Below the pieces are notes generated by a model. That model searched no databases. It worked only from the letters and a program-made list of their open reading frames with translations, and was not told the origin of the DNA. The translations under genes were made by a program, and so were the position numbers. DNA of 64,000 nt, taken from contig OZ024740.1 in assembly GCA_964016885.1 (NCBI GenBank), positions 152,396,001-152,460,000 of the forward strand. Direction: 5' to 3'. The stretch's first letter is position 1. Each line of letters opens with the position of its first letter. The DNA is from Eledone cirrhosa. Its lineage: Eukaryota. This document shows positions 14,105-33,772 of this stretch, piece by piece.

Positions 14105-15044
14105 CATATATACATACATACATACATTACATATATACATACATACATAAATTTATATTTAAGTGTGTAAGGATGTTGATATGATCTATGTCTTCTTTTT
14201 TTTGGTAGGAGAAAATTTTTGTCGCCAGATTTTATTACCTAGGGAGATAAATACCACAGCTCTGGCTGAAAGCTGACCAGGTTCTCAACCTCATCAAACA
14301 CTAATGCCGACCTGTGTGTGTATATATGTGTGTGTGTGTATGTATGTGTATATATGTGTGTGTGTGTATGTATGTGTATATATGTGTGTGTGTGTATGTT
14401 CACCACCATTGTTTCTTCTTGTCATATCTGTTGAAGGAGTCCTTACTTTCATTCTCTTTGATTTCTTTTGATTTTCTTTTATCTCCCTAGGGAATTAGTT
14501 GACAAGCTTCTTTTATTTATTTCCTTCGTTTTCTTCATTCAAATCACTGACTGTCTAAGAGACGTACAAATATGACTTATCAAACTTACCAAGCTAAAGG
14601 AGCTTTTAGCGCCCTCAGAGTTTCAAACGCCCCCTTACTGCATAACAACGCCCCCCCCCCCTAACGCCACCTCACAGCATAACGCCCGCCTGGAGCAACC
14701 AAACGCCCTCCGGCGGGGGGGGGGTCCCATATGCCCCCCCTTCCGTTGAGAACCTTTAATGTACACCATGATTACCAGTATCACAAAAATACTGGTCCAT
14801 CCACACACACACATACACACACACAAATACTGGTCCATCCACACACACACACACATACACACATATACACACACACATACACACGCGTACACTAACATAC
14901 AAACAGACATACACACACACACACATACATCTCCGAATAAGACAAGAACTGAAAAATATCTTTCAACATGTTAAAACATCCCCCACACACATACACATAC
15001 AATCCTACTGACCGAATTTATTCCCTCTACCACGAACCACTCTG

Positions 15045-15130
<86 letters not shown>

Positions 15131-15742
15131 ACACACACACACACACATTTGTCTTAATAGACACCTGAACTGTTGACCTTTCAACATGACTGCAATTCAC
15201 ACACACATCCCTACTGACTATTATCACAACAATGAACCTCTTTATTACACACACACACACACACACACACATATTTGTCTTAAAAGACTTATTTTTCAGT
15301 GACTTCTCAATCAGGCGAAAAGGGATACTCTTCGACAAACCTACATTTGGCGCAAAATCAATTTTTAACATTCATGTGACCTTTACCGACCAATCAAAAT
15401 TGTTTTGACTACAAGAATTTCTGCAACACGAATTGGCGCGAAATTTATAGTATTTATTCACGTGACATTCAACAACCAACCAAATCTTAATACCTCTGGA
15501 GACACTTTTTTCACATAAAACAGGAAGAATTTCCAAAACTGATCAGATTAGAGCAAACATCACGGGCGCTCTATCTCAAAATTAGTTTTGAAAAGCTTTA
15601 GAAATGCGCAACCGGTAAAAACTTAAAACTAAAACTGAATACTAACCAATACTTATTACTAATTTATACTTATTCCTAATTAAACTATTTTTCACTGGGA
15701 AAAATTTGTCAGCATTTTCTTTTCCTTTTACTAATATATATA

Positions 15743-17725
<1,983 letters not shown>

Positions 17726-17728
17726 CAT

Positions 17729-17807
<79 letters not shown>

Positions 17808-17818
17808 TATATATATAT

Positions 17819-17921
<103 letters not shown>

Positions 17922-18043
17922 GAGAGAGAGAGGGATATATACACGTATATATGTGTGTGTATATGATGCGTATATACATATATATATATATGTAAACACA
18001 CACACACGCACACGCACACACACACACACATATATATATATAC

Positions 18044-18075
<32 letters not shown>

Positions 18076-18569
18076 GTATATATATATATATATACATACA
18101 TACATACATACATATATATAAATGTATGTGAGAGTTAAGTCACATAACTCACTTGCTATAACATTTCTTTACATTGTGTAAAGTAGATAACGTTGAGTGA
18201 ACAATACTAACATAATGACGATAGAACATAATATAACAACAAAAACAACAATAGCGTAAATAGGAGAAAAAGTCAGATGTCTCTATAAAAATGGTGCAAT
18301 GACGCTTAAGTGGTCTGTCTACAGACTTTTCATCCATTTTCTAGAGTATCCATCCATCAGGAGACATGATCATGTCATCCGATCATCCGATCCTTAGTCA
18401 GACATCATGAGTGCAATGTTTCAACAGTTGCTTTTATTCGACATTATTCCGGCTTGGGCGGCTATTTCCCTTAGTACACAAAACCTAGATAAGGTACTTC
18501 ATATTTGACATAGAAGTATATATGCACATGCTTATATATATACATAAACATATATAGACACACACACAC

Positions 18570-18601
<32 letters not shown>

Positions 18602-18888
18602 GCATAAATACGTATAATTATATATATGTGTGTGTGTATATACATATGTATATACATGTATGTACGTATATTCATATATATACATATATATGAATATACG
18701 TACATACATGTATACACATATATATACATATATATATATTATATATATATATATACATGTATATACATATATATATATATATATATATAAAACTCACCTC
18801 CTACATATAATATATATATATATGTATATATATATATAATATATATATATATGTATATATATGTGTATACATGTATATATATATATAT

Positions 18889-18982
<94 letters not shown>

Positions 18983-21715
18983 TGAGAGAGAGAGAGAGAC
19001 ACACACATATGTGCATGTATATATACATATTGTGAAGATCCGCCTACTTTAGGCATATGGCTAGACCGTTGACTTTGAGGAATAGAGTGAATGGCTATTG
19101 GGAATAGTCCAGATGACACCTGGATGCTGTCACTGAGAAAACCTAGATGGACTCACCGAGCTTAGCAACCCTCAGTCCATTACTGCATACTCTACGAAGG
19201 GAAATAAGAAAAGATGCCCCAGGATTCACCAAAATGGAGGAGAATAAAGAATTCGCCGGTGATAGCACGGGAATGACCAGGATGGTTCAAATGACTCTGC
19301 TCAGAACAAAGAACTGACTACCCAAGCACCTGTGGATAGAAATTAAGCTCCAAGAAAAGGATTAATTTTCTCCCAACAAAGATGGGTTGTGCCGATCAAC
19401 TAGTGACTCAAATGCAGCGCTCTGTACTATCAGTTAAGACGTCGGAACACCAAGGCCAGGATAAAAGTTACTATGCGAAGGAGACCGAAGCAAATGAATC
19501 CACTTGAGGCAGGACTCGGACCAGACGTTCCATAGCCAAATTTCCTCAAGTTAAGCAGCTCCGAAGCATTGAATCAGCTTGATTGTGTACTCTATTAAGC
19601 ATTTCGCAAAGAACTAGGTAAAATGCAGTATAATAAGAGGCTGGAATTTTATGAAGACATCCTGTATGACAACTGCAAGGAACGGTACGGTGTAAAATAG
19701 AAAGTCGCCAAATCACCAGATAAAAAAATACAGGTCGCAATGAGTAATGGAGAACTTGAAAAAGACAAAATAATCTTGAAAAGTCTTCTCTGAGGCGAAA
19801 GAGGGCTTATTGAAGATCTAGAAAGATTTCAAAGAAAGGCACAATACCTTCAGCATGGCTGAATACTTGAGAAATAAATGGCTGATGCGAAGGAGAAAAC
19901 AAGATCAGTTCTTCCAGGAACCTCTTTGATCAACCAAGATCGGGAGAACTCGTAATAGAACAGAATTTCTTAGAAGAACACTTGAGGAGGACATATTCAG
20001 TCCCCAAGCGACACATTCCACTGGAAAACAATGCAAATTTAGTATGGCCTGACTATCCTCATCCAGTTTTGTCTTTGTAAGCGTAACAATATCTCCCTTG
20101 TAATGTTCAAGTCCTACACTCGATTTACAGAACCTTCACTGTCTACAAGTTGCCGTATATTCCAAGGAGCTACCGTCATTCTCATTTAATTTCTCAAATA
20201 TCTTAAATTTTTGTAACTTTTCTTGCATAAATACACATCCGTCAACCTGAGTATACTGGCCAGCCCCAATTTTGAGCTAGTGATGTTTATGTTAACTTTT
20301 CCAGACATATCTCAGAAACTAGGCGAACAGCACTCTCCTTATTTAGTAGGGATCACACACGCAATGCACTACTAAAGTTCATTTCTGCACAAAAGTAATT
20401 CAATGCTAGTAAGGTAAGCAACGTACATCCTAACGTGCAGGTTCATGACTATGTGTTTCCAACTTGTTAAGTCGGAACACGACACCAATCCCATATTGTC
20501 GCTGGATTTTGAAGCGATATCTGCACATAAAATATCGATGAAATATACTTGTGTTACACACATAACACCTTCTGAATCAATATAAGTATATGCTAGTGAC
20601 CGCAAGTAAGTTACTCCACGCTAGTCACCAAACTAGAATTTCAAGAATCCGTGGCAAATACCTTCCTGACAGTACACACAATTAAGTGGATAATATTAAG
20701 AAAGACCTGGGTTTTCATGAGATGAGTTTTCCATCTCATTAATGGAAAGGAGGTCGGGAGCGCCTGTGGTGGTCTTTGCTCGTATCAGAAGAGCAAGATA
20801 TCCCCACAACACATGGATAAGCACACACACACAAATACATAAAAGATGAATAAAGTAAAAAGATAAAAGTTACAATATATATATAAAGATATATACTTAT
20901 ACACGTATATATATACATATATAAGCTTCTCCTCTGTCTGTTCCAACTATGACGGTTCTAGTTGTTGACAAACGAAGCAGACCGCTCTTTACATTAACGT
21001 GCATGTGGCTGAGTATTCCAGTATTCCAGTATTCCAGATATTTCTTAGGAAGATTCAGCGCGCTGCCGAGAATTGAACGTCCAATTACAGAATCGTGAGC
21101 TGAAAATCATAACCAGCAGACCACGCGGTTTCACACACAAATATGCATATCTATATTCATATGTACATATATATCATTGTTACTGTCGCACTATTTCTCG
21201 CCATGGGACTTGGTGACTGGAGCCGAATGCTACCATTCTATTGTACAGCGATTGGAGACTGATTTTTTCAAATCGATTTTTCACTCGCTTGTTAATTTGT
21301 GTTTGAGATACGTTGGCGAAGTGCTTATGGCGGGAACGGAACTATTTGAATTTTGTCTCTTGCCGTCACGTAAATTTCTGAATCAATAGCCAATCGGTTG
21401 ACGGCATTGTGATGACGCGTAGGGATTTCAGTTGCTGATGTTTTATAGTGTGAGCTGTCACATTCAGTCATAGCCGGCACGGACTGGAATCGAATTCTGT
21501 CGATTGATTGGTTATTGATTAGGCGAAACCCGCTGATGAAGCCCAATCCGCCAATTGGGCATTGTTGCATAATAAATGCAGACAGTAGATGTTGTGCACT
21601 CTATTGCTGTATTAAGTGTGGCCGAAACTCGAGTACGGGTAAAGGTTGAAGATACCCATTTACGAGTGTTGTATTGAAGCGAATAACTATTTGTCTACTC
21701 TGGTAGTTTATAAAA

Positions 21716-21897
21716 CTTTTTCTACTTTTGGCACAAGGCCAGCAAATTACCCAGTGTATTACTGGTACTTTATTTTATCGACCCAGTAAGGATGAAAGGC
21801 AAAGTTAACCACGGCGGGATTTGAACTCAGAATGGCAAGGGCGGTAACTCAATGCGTCAAAGCATGGCGTCCGACCCTCTACCGATATTGCCAATCC
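21716..21897 (-). mobile_element. tRNA-derived SINE
   Basis: Reverse complement of the 24030-24220 family. Confidence 0.85.
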
Positions 21898-21955
21898 AGA
21901 GTACGCTGAGATGCAACCGGTCCTAGCAGTGAAACCAATGCTAGTTCATTCAACT

Positions 21956-22036
<81 letters not shown>

Positions 22037-22085
22037 CGGTGGTAACCACAGTAAGTAAGGTACTCAATACATTGCAGAGTATAAA

Positions 22086-22318
<233 letters not shown>

Positions 22319-22325
22319 CAGACAG

Positions 22326-22388
<63 letters not shown>

Positions 22389-22464
22389 AAATCATTGTGC
22401 CACCGCATACAATCACATCATCGTCATTGACATCGTCACAACTACAAGCGCGACGCCTCCATTT

Positions 22465-23095
<631 letters not shown>

Positions 23096-23340
23096 ATTTA
23101 GCAATTTTTTTGTGTTATTTGTTCATTTTGAAATGTTAATTAAAAGACAGTCATTAATTGCATCAGAAAAATTCAAACAGAAAGATTAGGATCTGTGTTG
23201 CATGTTGTGAATAGTAAGGATCTGACTGAATGTAGTGATATGATAAACATGAACAGACAGACAGACACACACACACACACAAACATATATATATATATAT
23301 ATATATTTATCATATACACATACACACGCATACAGCCTCC

Positions 23341-23399
<59 letters not shown>

Positions 23400-23452
23400 G
23401 TATACAGTCCCACCACCCGCTATGTATACATATATATATATATATATTTATT

Positions 23453-23483
<31 letters not shown>

Positions 23484-24029
23484 CTCTGTGTGTGTGTCTC
23501 TGTGTGTGTGTGTGTGTGTGTATACATTTAATATTGTCAGAACATAAGGCGCAAAACATGTCTCTTTCTATATACCGCGCGGCAAAGCTTAATGAAGAAG
23601 AAAAAAAAGAAAATTCCGTAAACAATGAATAAACAAAAATTATATATACGCACAACAGCAGCAACAATCACAAAAACAACAACAGCAAACAACTACAGTA
23701 CAATAAGAATAAAATAAATAAAGGGATAAATATATTCATTAGCATATGAAATGATATTGTCTTTTTAATATATCTGTCCGGCTCCAATGGGAAGGGATTT
23801 CGGTTTAGCAATTAGTTTAGGAACGTTTTCTTTTCAGTTTAAATATTTGCCTTTATCTTAATATCGGTCACATACACATTCATATTCTCTAGGATATACT
23901 GGTGACAATATTGAGTTTCCCTTAAGAGTCTTCAATATATTATCTTGTAGCCGGCGGTATATATAACGTACCGTGTTGCAAATAGACACATATGTGAGCA
24001 ATCGCCGAAACAGTCAGATCTTCATTATA

Positions 24030-24220
24030 TTGGATTGGCAGTATCGGTAGAGGGTCGGACGCCATGCTTTCCAGCATAGTTACGTCCCTTTACGATCTGA
24101 GTTCAAATCCCGCCGAGGTTGACTTTGCCTTTCATCCTTACGGGGTCGATAAAATAAAGTACCAGTAATACACTGGGTAATTGCTGGCCTTGTGCCTTGT
24201 GCCAAAAGTAGAAACAATTA
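24030..24220 (+). mobile_element. tRNA-derived SINE
   Basis: A-box-like tggcagtatcggt and B-box gagttcaaatcc. Central gcctttcatccttacggggtcgataaaat resembles the conserved Meta/Sauria-type SINE domain. At least 6 copies in the window. Confidence 0.88.
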
Positions 24221-24352
24221 TATATAGGACGGATAAAATTCCCGAGATTAATATATATATATATATATCCGGAAACACATAGACAAATGCGGAAACAAAG
24301 ACGGAAGGCCCATTGTCACAATTCTAGCGACTGAAAGAAACAAGGCAACTAC

Positions 24353-24384
<32 letters not shown>

Positions 24385-24867
24385 TCAAGCGAGACAACAA
24401 CACACGCACACACACACACAGTAACATTTAACAAGCAGGCAGGGAATGGACTGACAGCTAGCGCCATCCCACTCCCTCATTCGGCCGTTGACTTCTGTAC
24501 GACCGACCACATCTCACGCGCACGCGCGCTCGACCGAATACCTCAGATATTCAAATCAACAAACAGCGAAAGACGCGTTCCGAATTGTCCGACAGACAAC
24601 CTTTTCCCCCACCCCGGAAAAAAAACCCCAGTTGATGGATGTGAATCCGAAATATATAGGGACTATTAAATCTCTCCCAAGGTAACTCTCTCTCTTGTGT
24701 TGTTATTATTATTTTTACCCTTTCAGTCTTCCCTTCATTCTACACATCTCACACATCTTATACACACCACGCATCTCAACGTACACCCCTTACATATCTC
24801 TCTCTCCTCCACCGGACCCTGTTACCCGGAGATTTACCCATTTGCATTGTCGAGGCTTCCAAACGAC

Positions 24868-26934
<2,067 letters not shown>

Positions 26935-26956
26935 ATATATATATATATATAAGTTG

Positions 26957-27064
26957 AAATAAAATGAAAACGAAATTTCATTTCTCACTCTTAGTACGGC
27001 ACTGACTTAAATGTAAGTATGTGTGTATACGTACATACATATATGTATACAGACGTACAGTAAC

Positions 27065-27124
<60 letters not shown>

Positions 27125-27461
27125 GTATATACATACAGGTACACATACATATATGCACGTATCAGTTTAGCGGACGCTTATTATAACGCCGCTTTGTTCG
27201 TTTGTAAAGAAACTGAACAGCCTAAATTTTTTTGCCGTACAGTGTTAAGGCAACACGTCACCTTTTTGTTCAACACTGACACAGGAACGATGTACTAGTT
27301 TCAAGCTTGTTAGCTATCATCAGCACCGTATACCCATCTGCCAGATAGTTGAACGTTCGAAAGTATATACTTTCCTTATGAAAATTAACGGCTGAGCAGC
27401 CTAATTTGCATATCGAGTGAGCTAAGTCGGTGAGGCATGTATGTACGTATACACACATACT

Positions 27462-27466
<5 letters not shown>
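26957..27466 (-). repeat. Second, diverged copy of the ~425-bp HHR unit, with a 30-bp terminal inversion
   Basis: Aligns to 515-570 plus 143-480; 27437-27466 is the inverse of 27011-27040. Confidence 0.75.
27287..27329 (-). ncRNA. Minimal type I hammerhead ribozyme
   Basis: acggtg-CTGATGA-tagctaacaagctt-GAAA-ctag-TA-catcgt. Confidence 0.85.
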
Positions 27467-27517
<51 letters not shown>

Positions 27518-27519
<2 letters not shown>

Positions 27520-28336
27520 TTTGTTGGTTCACCCATGTATAGAATTGGTCATTCCGTATGGTCAATCTTGATGTAATATTATGGAGAGTACTCAACGTTG
27601 TGCGGTTCACCCGTCTACGTTTGTGTAGTTGATGGTGCTAATACGGAGTTAATTATTATAAATAAAATAACAGGAGGAAATTAATTTTTCCGAGTACTCT
27701 AGGAACGTAGCTGCGATAGGCTCCGGGTGTGCTATAAACTCTAGGCTTAGGCATAACTGTTAGCTGTATCATGCCTCCCTGTGTTAGCACGTAAATAAAC
27801 CCCTACTGTGTGAGTTAATAGTATTCGTTTGGTATAGACGACGGCCTGTAGAAGCTGGTTGACTTCCCGCTAGCACACTCGGAGCCTATCGCAGCTACGT
27901 TCCTAGAGTACTCGGAAAAATTAATTTCCATTTATTTCGCTAGACGATACCACTCGAAACTGGCTGACACGTGGTTAGGAGGTGCTGGCTGGGATTTACA
28001 ATCGAAGGCTTTTATCTTTACTCTATTCCCCACCTTGATAACCTATCGAGATTCCCTATAATACACATAAACTTTTTCATATAAGACTCCCTCTGTAATT
28101 TCATTAAATAAATCTCGGAACACAAACCTTTAATTTTCTATTAATTTTCTAATAATTTAATTTCATCCTATAACTCTTAACATAAGTTAACGTTCCAATT
28201 TTCTCTTTACACATTAGACAATACAGACACCCATATATATGCCTTTGTTAACATATGGGTTCTTTAGAATAACATTTTTCGCGGCGTCTTCTAGAATGAC
28301 TGTAGTATGACCCTTACACTGACTTTTCTTCTTTCT

Positions 28337-28433
<97 letters not shown>

Positions 28434-28732
28434 TCTTTTTTTATTCTCTGACGGAGAGGTGGTAGTACATTATAAGCCTTCACCCCCTCACCAGATGGTC
28501 ATTAATAGACCGAGTTGCCATCACTTGAGGGCGACTGACCGAGGTGAAAGCAGCTAGCTGGTCAGTCGTCCTCTCTGTCTCTGATGTCGGACCCATGGAT
28601 TTTATATATTCCTTTGTTATATTTCGAAGACATGATGATATCACCGGATTCATACGGAACCCGGTCATTGAAATGATCATAGTATAATAAACTTTTAAAG
28701 GATTTACACCAGTCCAGCCTCCTGTTATTTAA

Positions 28733-28740
<8 letters not shown>
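27518..28740 (+). mobile_element. Non-coding Penelope-like remnant (tail, short inverted end, 59-bp internal IR, degenerate HHR at 28630-28683)
   Basis: aaataacaggagg (~27665) is inverted at ~28718-28730. IR 27676-27734 / 27871-27929. ATGATGA..GAAA-tgatca-TA motif. Confidence 0.55.
28324..28432. repeat. (TTTC)n microsatellite
   Basis: Directly visible. Confidence 0.95.
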
Positions 28741-28831
<91 letters not shown>

Positions 28832-28842
28832 ATATATGTATG

Positions 28843-28889
<47 letters not shown>

Positions 28890-29003
28890 ATATACATATA
28901 TATATAAATATGTATATATTTAATATATAAATACGTATATATATACATATACATATATATATATATAAAGAGAGAGAGAGACATAGAGAACGAGATATGC
29001 TCA

Positions 29004-29096
<93 letters not shown>

Positions 29097-31119
29097 CTGT
29101 ATTTTCATGCATATATACAGTCACACATAAACGCATGTAGACATACTGACACTAACACGCACACATATATTTATATATACACACATAGGCTCCTGCAAGG
29201 TATTCCTTTAAAATCACGTTCACGACTGTAAGTACACGTTCACGAACACATTCAACCCCCTTTCACAGACAAATAAATATATAAATACACATACACATAA
29301 CACCAGTACACATAACTCGGAGCTCTCAACATATCTCTGATATGGAAACAAACTGTAGACAGATTGTGGATACAGAGATATTGAATCTTTACTTTATAAA
29401 ATCTAAATAAGACGGTAAAGATACTAATATACAGTGTATGGCAATCACTATTATAATACAGTGATCGCATCAACATACTTTATAACGTAGTGAAAACTCC
29501 GGTTTACTTTCCAAAGTCGAATAAATGTGTAATTTCTTCGTCGAAACAGTGTCTTGTAGCACTAGTCAACATCGTACTCCAGTGAGTCTCCAAGCAATTG
29601 ACAGAACCTCTGCACTTTTACCCCTAACACACACGTTCGAAGACGTTTCCTTTTCTCGTAAAATCTTCCTCTTTAATAAACTATTTTCCACAACTTCCAT
29701 GTCTTTTCCTCCTACTAACTATTAACATATTTCACAACTTTTCCTTTCTCTTAAAAAAATAAAATAAAGACAAAAACTTATGTGACTTCTTAGACACTTC
29801 TTTTCCATCATTTAGTATACGACACAGAACCTAAAACACCTCTTTCTCTAAATGCTACATTTGGTTCCATCTCCACTAGCACGTCAACAACTGGTCTCAA
29901 AATTTGTTTCCACGTCACTGCAGTATCGTATCAAATGTAATCTTTGTAGTTCTCTATATATGGATGAATATGGACCGTTTTAGGCGACTGTTTACCAAAG
30001 ATCTTCATAATGTTCAGATTAACATCTATGCATTCTCGAAACCCGGTGTTATACGTTTTAATTCAACCGGTCATTTCTTGAATCACCTGTTTATAGAGAT
30101 ATCTTACACTGCGGCTCAATATTTATCCTCTCCTTCAGATTAATACCTAAGCCTTCTCCAAACACGGGGTTATACGTTTTAATTCATCCGGCCATTTCTT
30201 GAATCATCTCTGTGTGTAAAGATATCTTAAACCACGGCCCAATCTTCATCTCCACACACAGAGAAATCCTAATCCTTTCTCTTAAAAAATTCACAAATTA
30301 GAGATTTTCTCGCATACAGATATTAACGAACGTCTTACGTTTTCCTAATCCATTTCTATAATCCTATTCTTGTCATTAACATGTTTCCATCTTCAGCCAC
30401 GCAATAACAGTTAACAATGTGCCATTCCCTTTTTTCAGAACAATACACATTCATGCACCGGCTATGTTTTTTTTTTTTTTTTTTTTTTTTTTTGCTTAGC
30501 TCCAGGCCATTCTCCATCGGGAAGACGTGGTCGAAGGCGTTATCCGACGTATCTTTCTGTTATTAAGACATTGGTGTTCGAGAAAATAAATAACGAGTCA
30601 CATGCTGAGATTGATTTAATCGACAAACACTTTCCATCAAACATCAGGCCATATATCTATCTATATTAGAAACAATTATTATATTCTTTTTGATGAGGCG
30701 CAGCTTCACTAAATTCCTGGGACTCTATTGTTTTACTGTCACTTTAGTCTAGATGTCATCTAACAAAAGTCTAACATATTTCATTAAAGGGAAGATTTTT
30801 TTCCGATGAAGAGCTCATTACCTAAAAATGCGCTTCCTACCACAAGCGGAAATTCACAAATGTGGATGAGGGAATAGTTAATTATACCAGCATTTCATTG
30901 GAACTTTATTTTATGGAGCTTGAAACGATTGACCGTGACGCTGATTTTAACTATTTCTAAAAGTATTAAAAGTTTTATATATATTAACAACGGCAGAACA
31001 TTGACAGAGTCGTTAAAACGTCGGATAAAATACTAAGGATAGGAAAACTACAGCAGAGGACAAGGATACAGAGATTTCTGGTAACCCACAGAAACAGCGG
31101 TCTGTCTGTTGAAATTAAT

Positions 31120-31298
31120 TGTTTCTATATTTGGCACAAGGCCGGCAATTATCCCAGTGCATTACTGGTACTTTATTTTATCGACCCCGTAAGGATGAAA
31201 GGCAAAGTTAACCTCGGCAGGATTTGAACTCAGTCCGTAAAGGGACGTAACTCTATGCTGCAAAGCATGGCGTCTGACCCTCTACTGGTACTGCCAAT
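31120..31298 (-). mobile_element. tRNA-derived SINE
   Basis: Same family as 24030-24220. Confidence 0.85.
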
Positions 31299-31299
31299 G

Positions 31300-32778
31300 A
31301 AATTAATGAAAACATGACAGGTGATCAGAAGGCAATGTACAATAGAATAAGGGTAAGGTTACAGGAGGCGAATAGGAATCTTATTTGCAACTTAAAGAAG
31401 GTTAACCAAGAAACATATAAGTTGAATGAAGTTCTGAAATACATAAAAAAAAATAACATCACAAAAACAAATGATCTGATAAAATCAGCAAGCATTGTTC
31501 TAGCAGAAAATATGGGTGTAGATGTCAAGGCAAAGAAAAACAATAAGGGAGACGAAAAAAAAAAAAAGAATACAGGCCAGTACAGATACCCTTTTAAAGG
31601 ACATTTCTGTCTTAGTCCGAAAAGAGAAGGGGGAGCTTAGAAATGAAAGAAAGTAGAAAGTAATGGAAAGAAAGTATGACATTGAAAGAAAAGGCCTAAA
31701 ATAGTAATGGAAGAACTCAAGCAACATCTCATGGCAAAGAATTAAGCAAAGATAGTTAGATACGTACAAAGAATAAAGCAATATCATCAAAATAGACTAC
31801 TGAGAGTAGACTAAATGAGATCTTACCGAGGAATAAATTGAGAGTGTATAGATGAAGGGATTATACAAGATAATGTTGAAAGTTTTGGTGCGACATTTGA
31901 GGTAAAGAGAAGAAGCACAAGAAGGACGCTGAATTGTCAGAAGAACTTTATCAAACAACAGTTTGCCCATATTAGACAGAACTAGTCATTTCAGCTAAGG
32001 ACATGAAGGAAGCCCCATCTCCAAAAAGATGAGCAACTGGAAGTCTCCGGGACTAGATGGAGTTCAAGGTTACAGGATCAAAATATTTAGTCAATGTCAT
32101 GAGCGAATAGCTGAACAACTCAACACATTGCTAAATGCTGATCAGGTGATACCGGAGTGGCTGACAAAGGGCAGGAGAGATTTGTGCTTAAAAGATATCA
32201 CTAAAGGGAATGCAGTAGATAACATGCCTACCACTTATGTGGAAATTATTGACTGGAATAAGCACAGAAACAATGTACTGGAATCTTGAAGAAAATAAAC
32301 TTGTACCAGATGAGCAGAAAGGGTGCAAGCGTAAGTGCAGAGGTACAAAGGACCAGCTTTTTATAGATAAAACAACACGTAACGTTATCAAGAGGAGAAA
32401 AACCAGCTTGACCATGACGTGGATCGATTACCGCAAAACCTATGACAGATATGAAAATAAATGATAGATATGACAGGTTAACTTTGGAGATTAAGCAGTT
32501 GTGTTCACTGAAAAAAGGTGGTGTTAATACCAATAATAGTTGGAGTCTTGGGAACAGTAAGTAGGGATCTTGAGAAGTACATCAAACAAATAGGGATTGC
32601 AATACGAATGGAACACTTACAAAATACAGCATTGCTTATAACAGCTCGAATACTCCGGAGGGTACTCGAAAAATAAATGGGTGTCACCTTAGTTCACTGG
32701 CAGTGAACAGTTATCACTGTAATACATCTCAGCGTTAGAAGCTGAGCGAAAAAAACAACTAATAATGATAATAATAAT
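31300..32778 (+). mobile_element. Decayed R4/Dong-clade non-LTR retrotransposon with internal deletion
   Basis: [51 protein letters not shown], then the C-terminal IPIIVGVLGTV..LQNTALL..ARILRRVL; (TAA)-rich tail. Confidence 0.8.
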
Positions 32779-33267
32779 ACATTCGATATAAAAATATATA
32801 GTTAAATACTTGTTAAAATTCGTAGGTGGTTATATATGTATATATATATATATATTTTTAGGTGGTCATATATATATCGGTGTGAGTGGGTGTGCATGGG
32901 TGTGCGCGCGTGCCTATTTTTATGACACAATTTATCATGATATTTTACGATAATAAATAATAAAGATTATAGTTGGTTATTCTAAAGATCATATGTTCTA
33001 TTTTTGGTAGTAGAACAAATCTTCCTATGCTTGATTAGATTCACGTTGATGATTGGATACAATCATATGAACATTAATTCAAGATCAGTAGATGCGCCGA
33101 TATAGCCTCCATCTGCCGCTTAATGGATTTAATACATATATACATGCATACATACACACAACAATTATACATTGATACTTGTGCGTGTTTCATCGCATAT
33201 AGTATATATACATATATATCATATTACGTCAGCTTTCCACACTGACAAACACACACACACATCACAC

Positions 33268-33422
<155 letters not shown>

Positions 33423-33607
33423 GACAAATTTATCTACTACTCCCTCCTAAATATATATATATATATATATCAAATGAAGCAACGGAGTAAAGGCCTCGCG
33501 TTTTTCTCGTACCTTACACAGTTTATATGTCATTCACTTTGGTGGTAAAAATACCCTATAATGAAAAAGCATGTTCTTTTCATGTATTCTATCCTATATA
33601 TATATAT

Positions 33608-33748
33608 AAACCCCGACGGTAGAGCTCAAGCCGTTTTGACGGTTAAATTTAGTCCAGAAATAGCCGTCGAAACGGCTTGAGCTCTGCCGTCGGGGTTAAA
33701 CTTTTTCCTATTACCCTCTCTACTACCCTAAGTATTGAGTACTCTCTA
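33608..33748 (+). mobile_element. Mini fold-back element (family shared with 39146-39325)
   Basis: ~34-bp inverted arms followed by a tail ttttcctattacc..ctactaccctaagtattgagtactct; inserted in (TA)n. Confidence 0.7.
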
Positions 33749-33772
33749 TATATATATATAATATATATATAT

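Noticed and set aside
19040-20030. Purine-rich, coding-like segment, possibly an old LINE
   Set aside because: No motif could be read with confidence; needs a translated search.
21520-21566. GAAAC-ccg-CTGATGA followed by a hairpin
   Set aside because: Order and spacing do not fit any hammerhead topology; no GAAA after stem II.
23941-24022. ggcggt..atcgcc-GAAACAGTC-agat, an HHR-like 3' half
   Set aside because: The CUGANGA box is absent (tgtagcc); at best a dead relic.
24030-24115. tRNA gene
   Set aside because: A/B boxes belong to a SINE head; no cloverleaf.
30031-30252. Two diverged ~95-bp direct repeats (period ~121)
   Set aside because: Only two copies; ordinary local duplication, not CRISPR-like.
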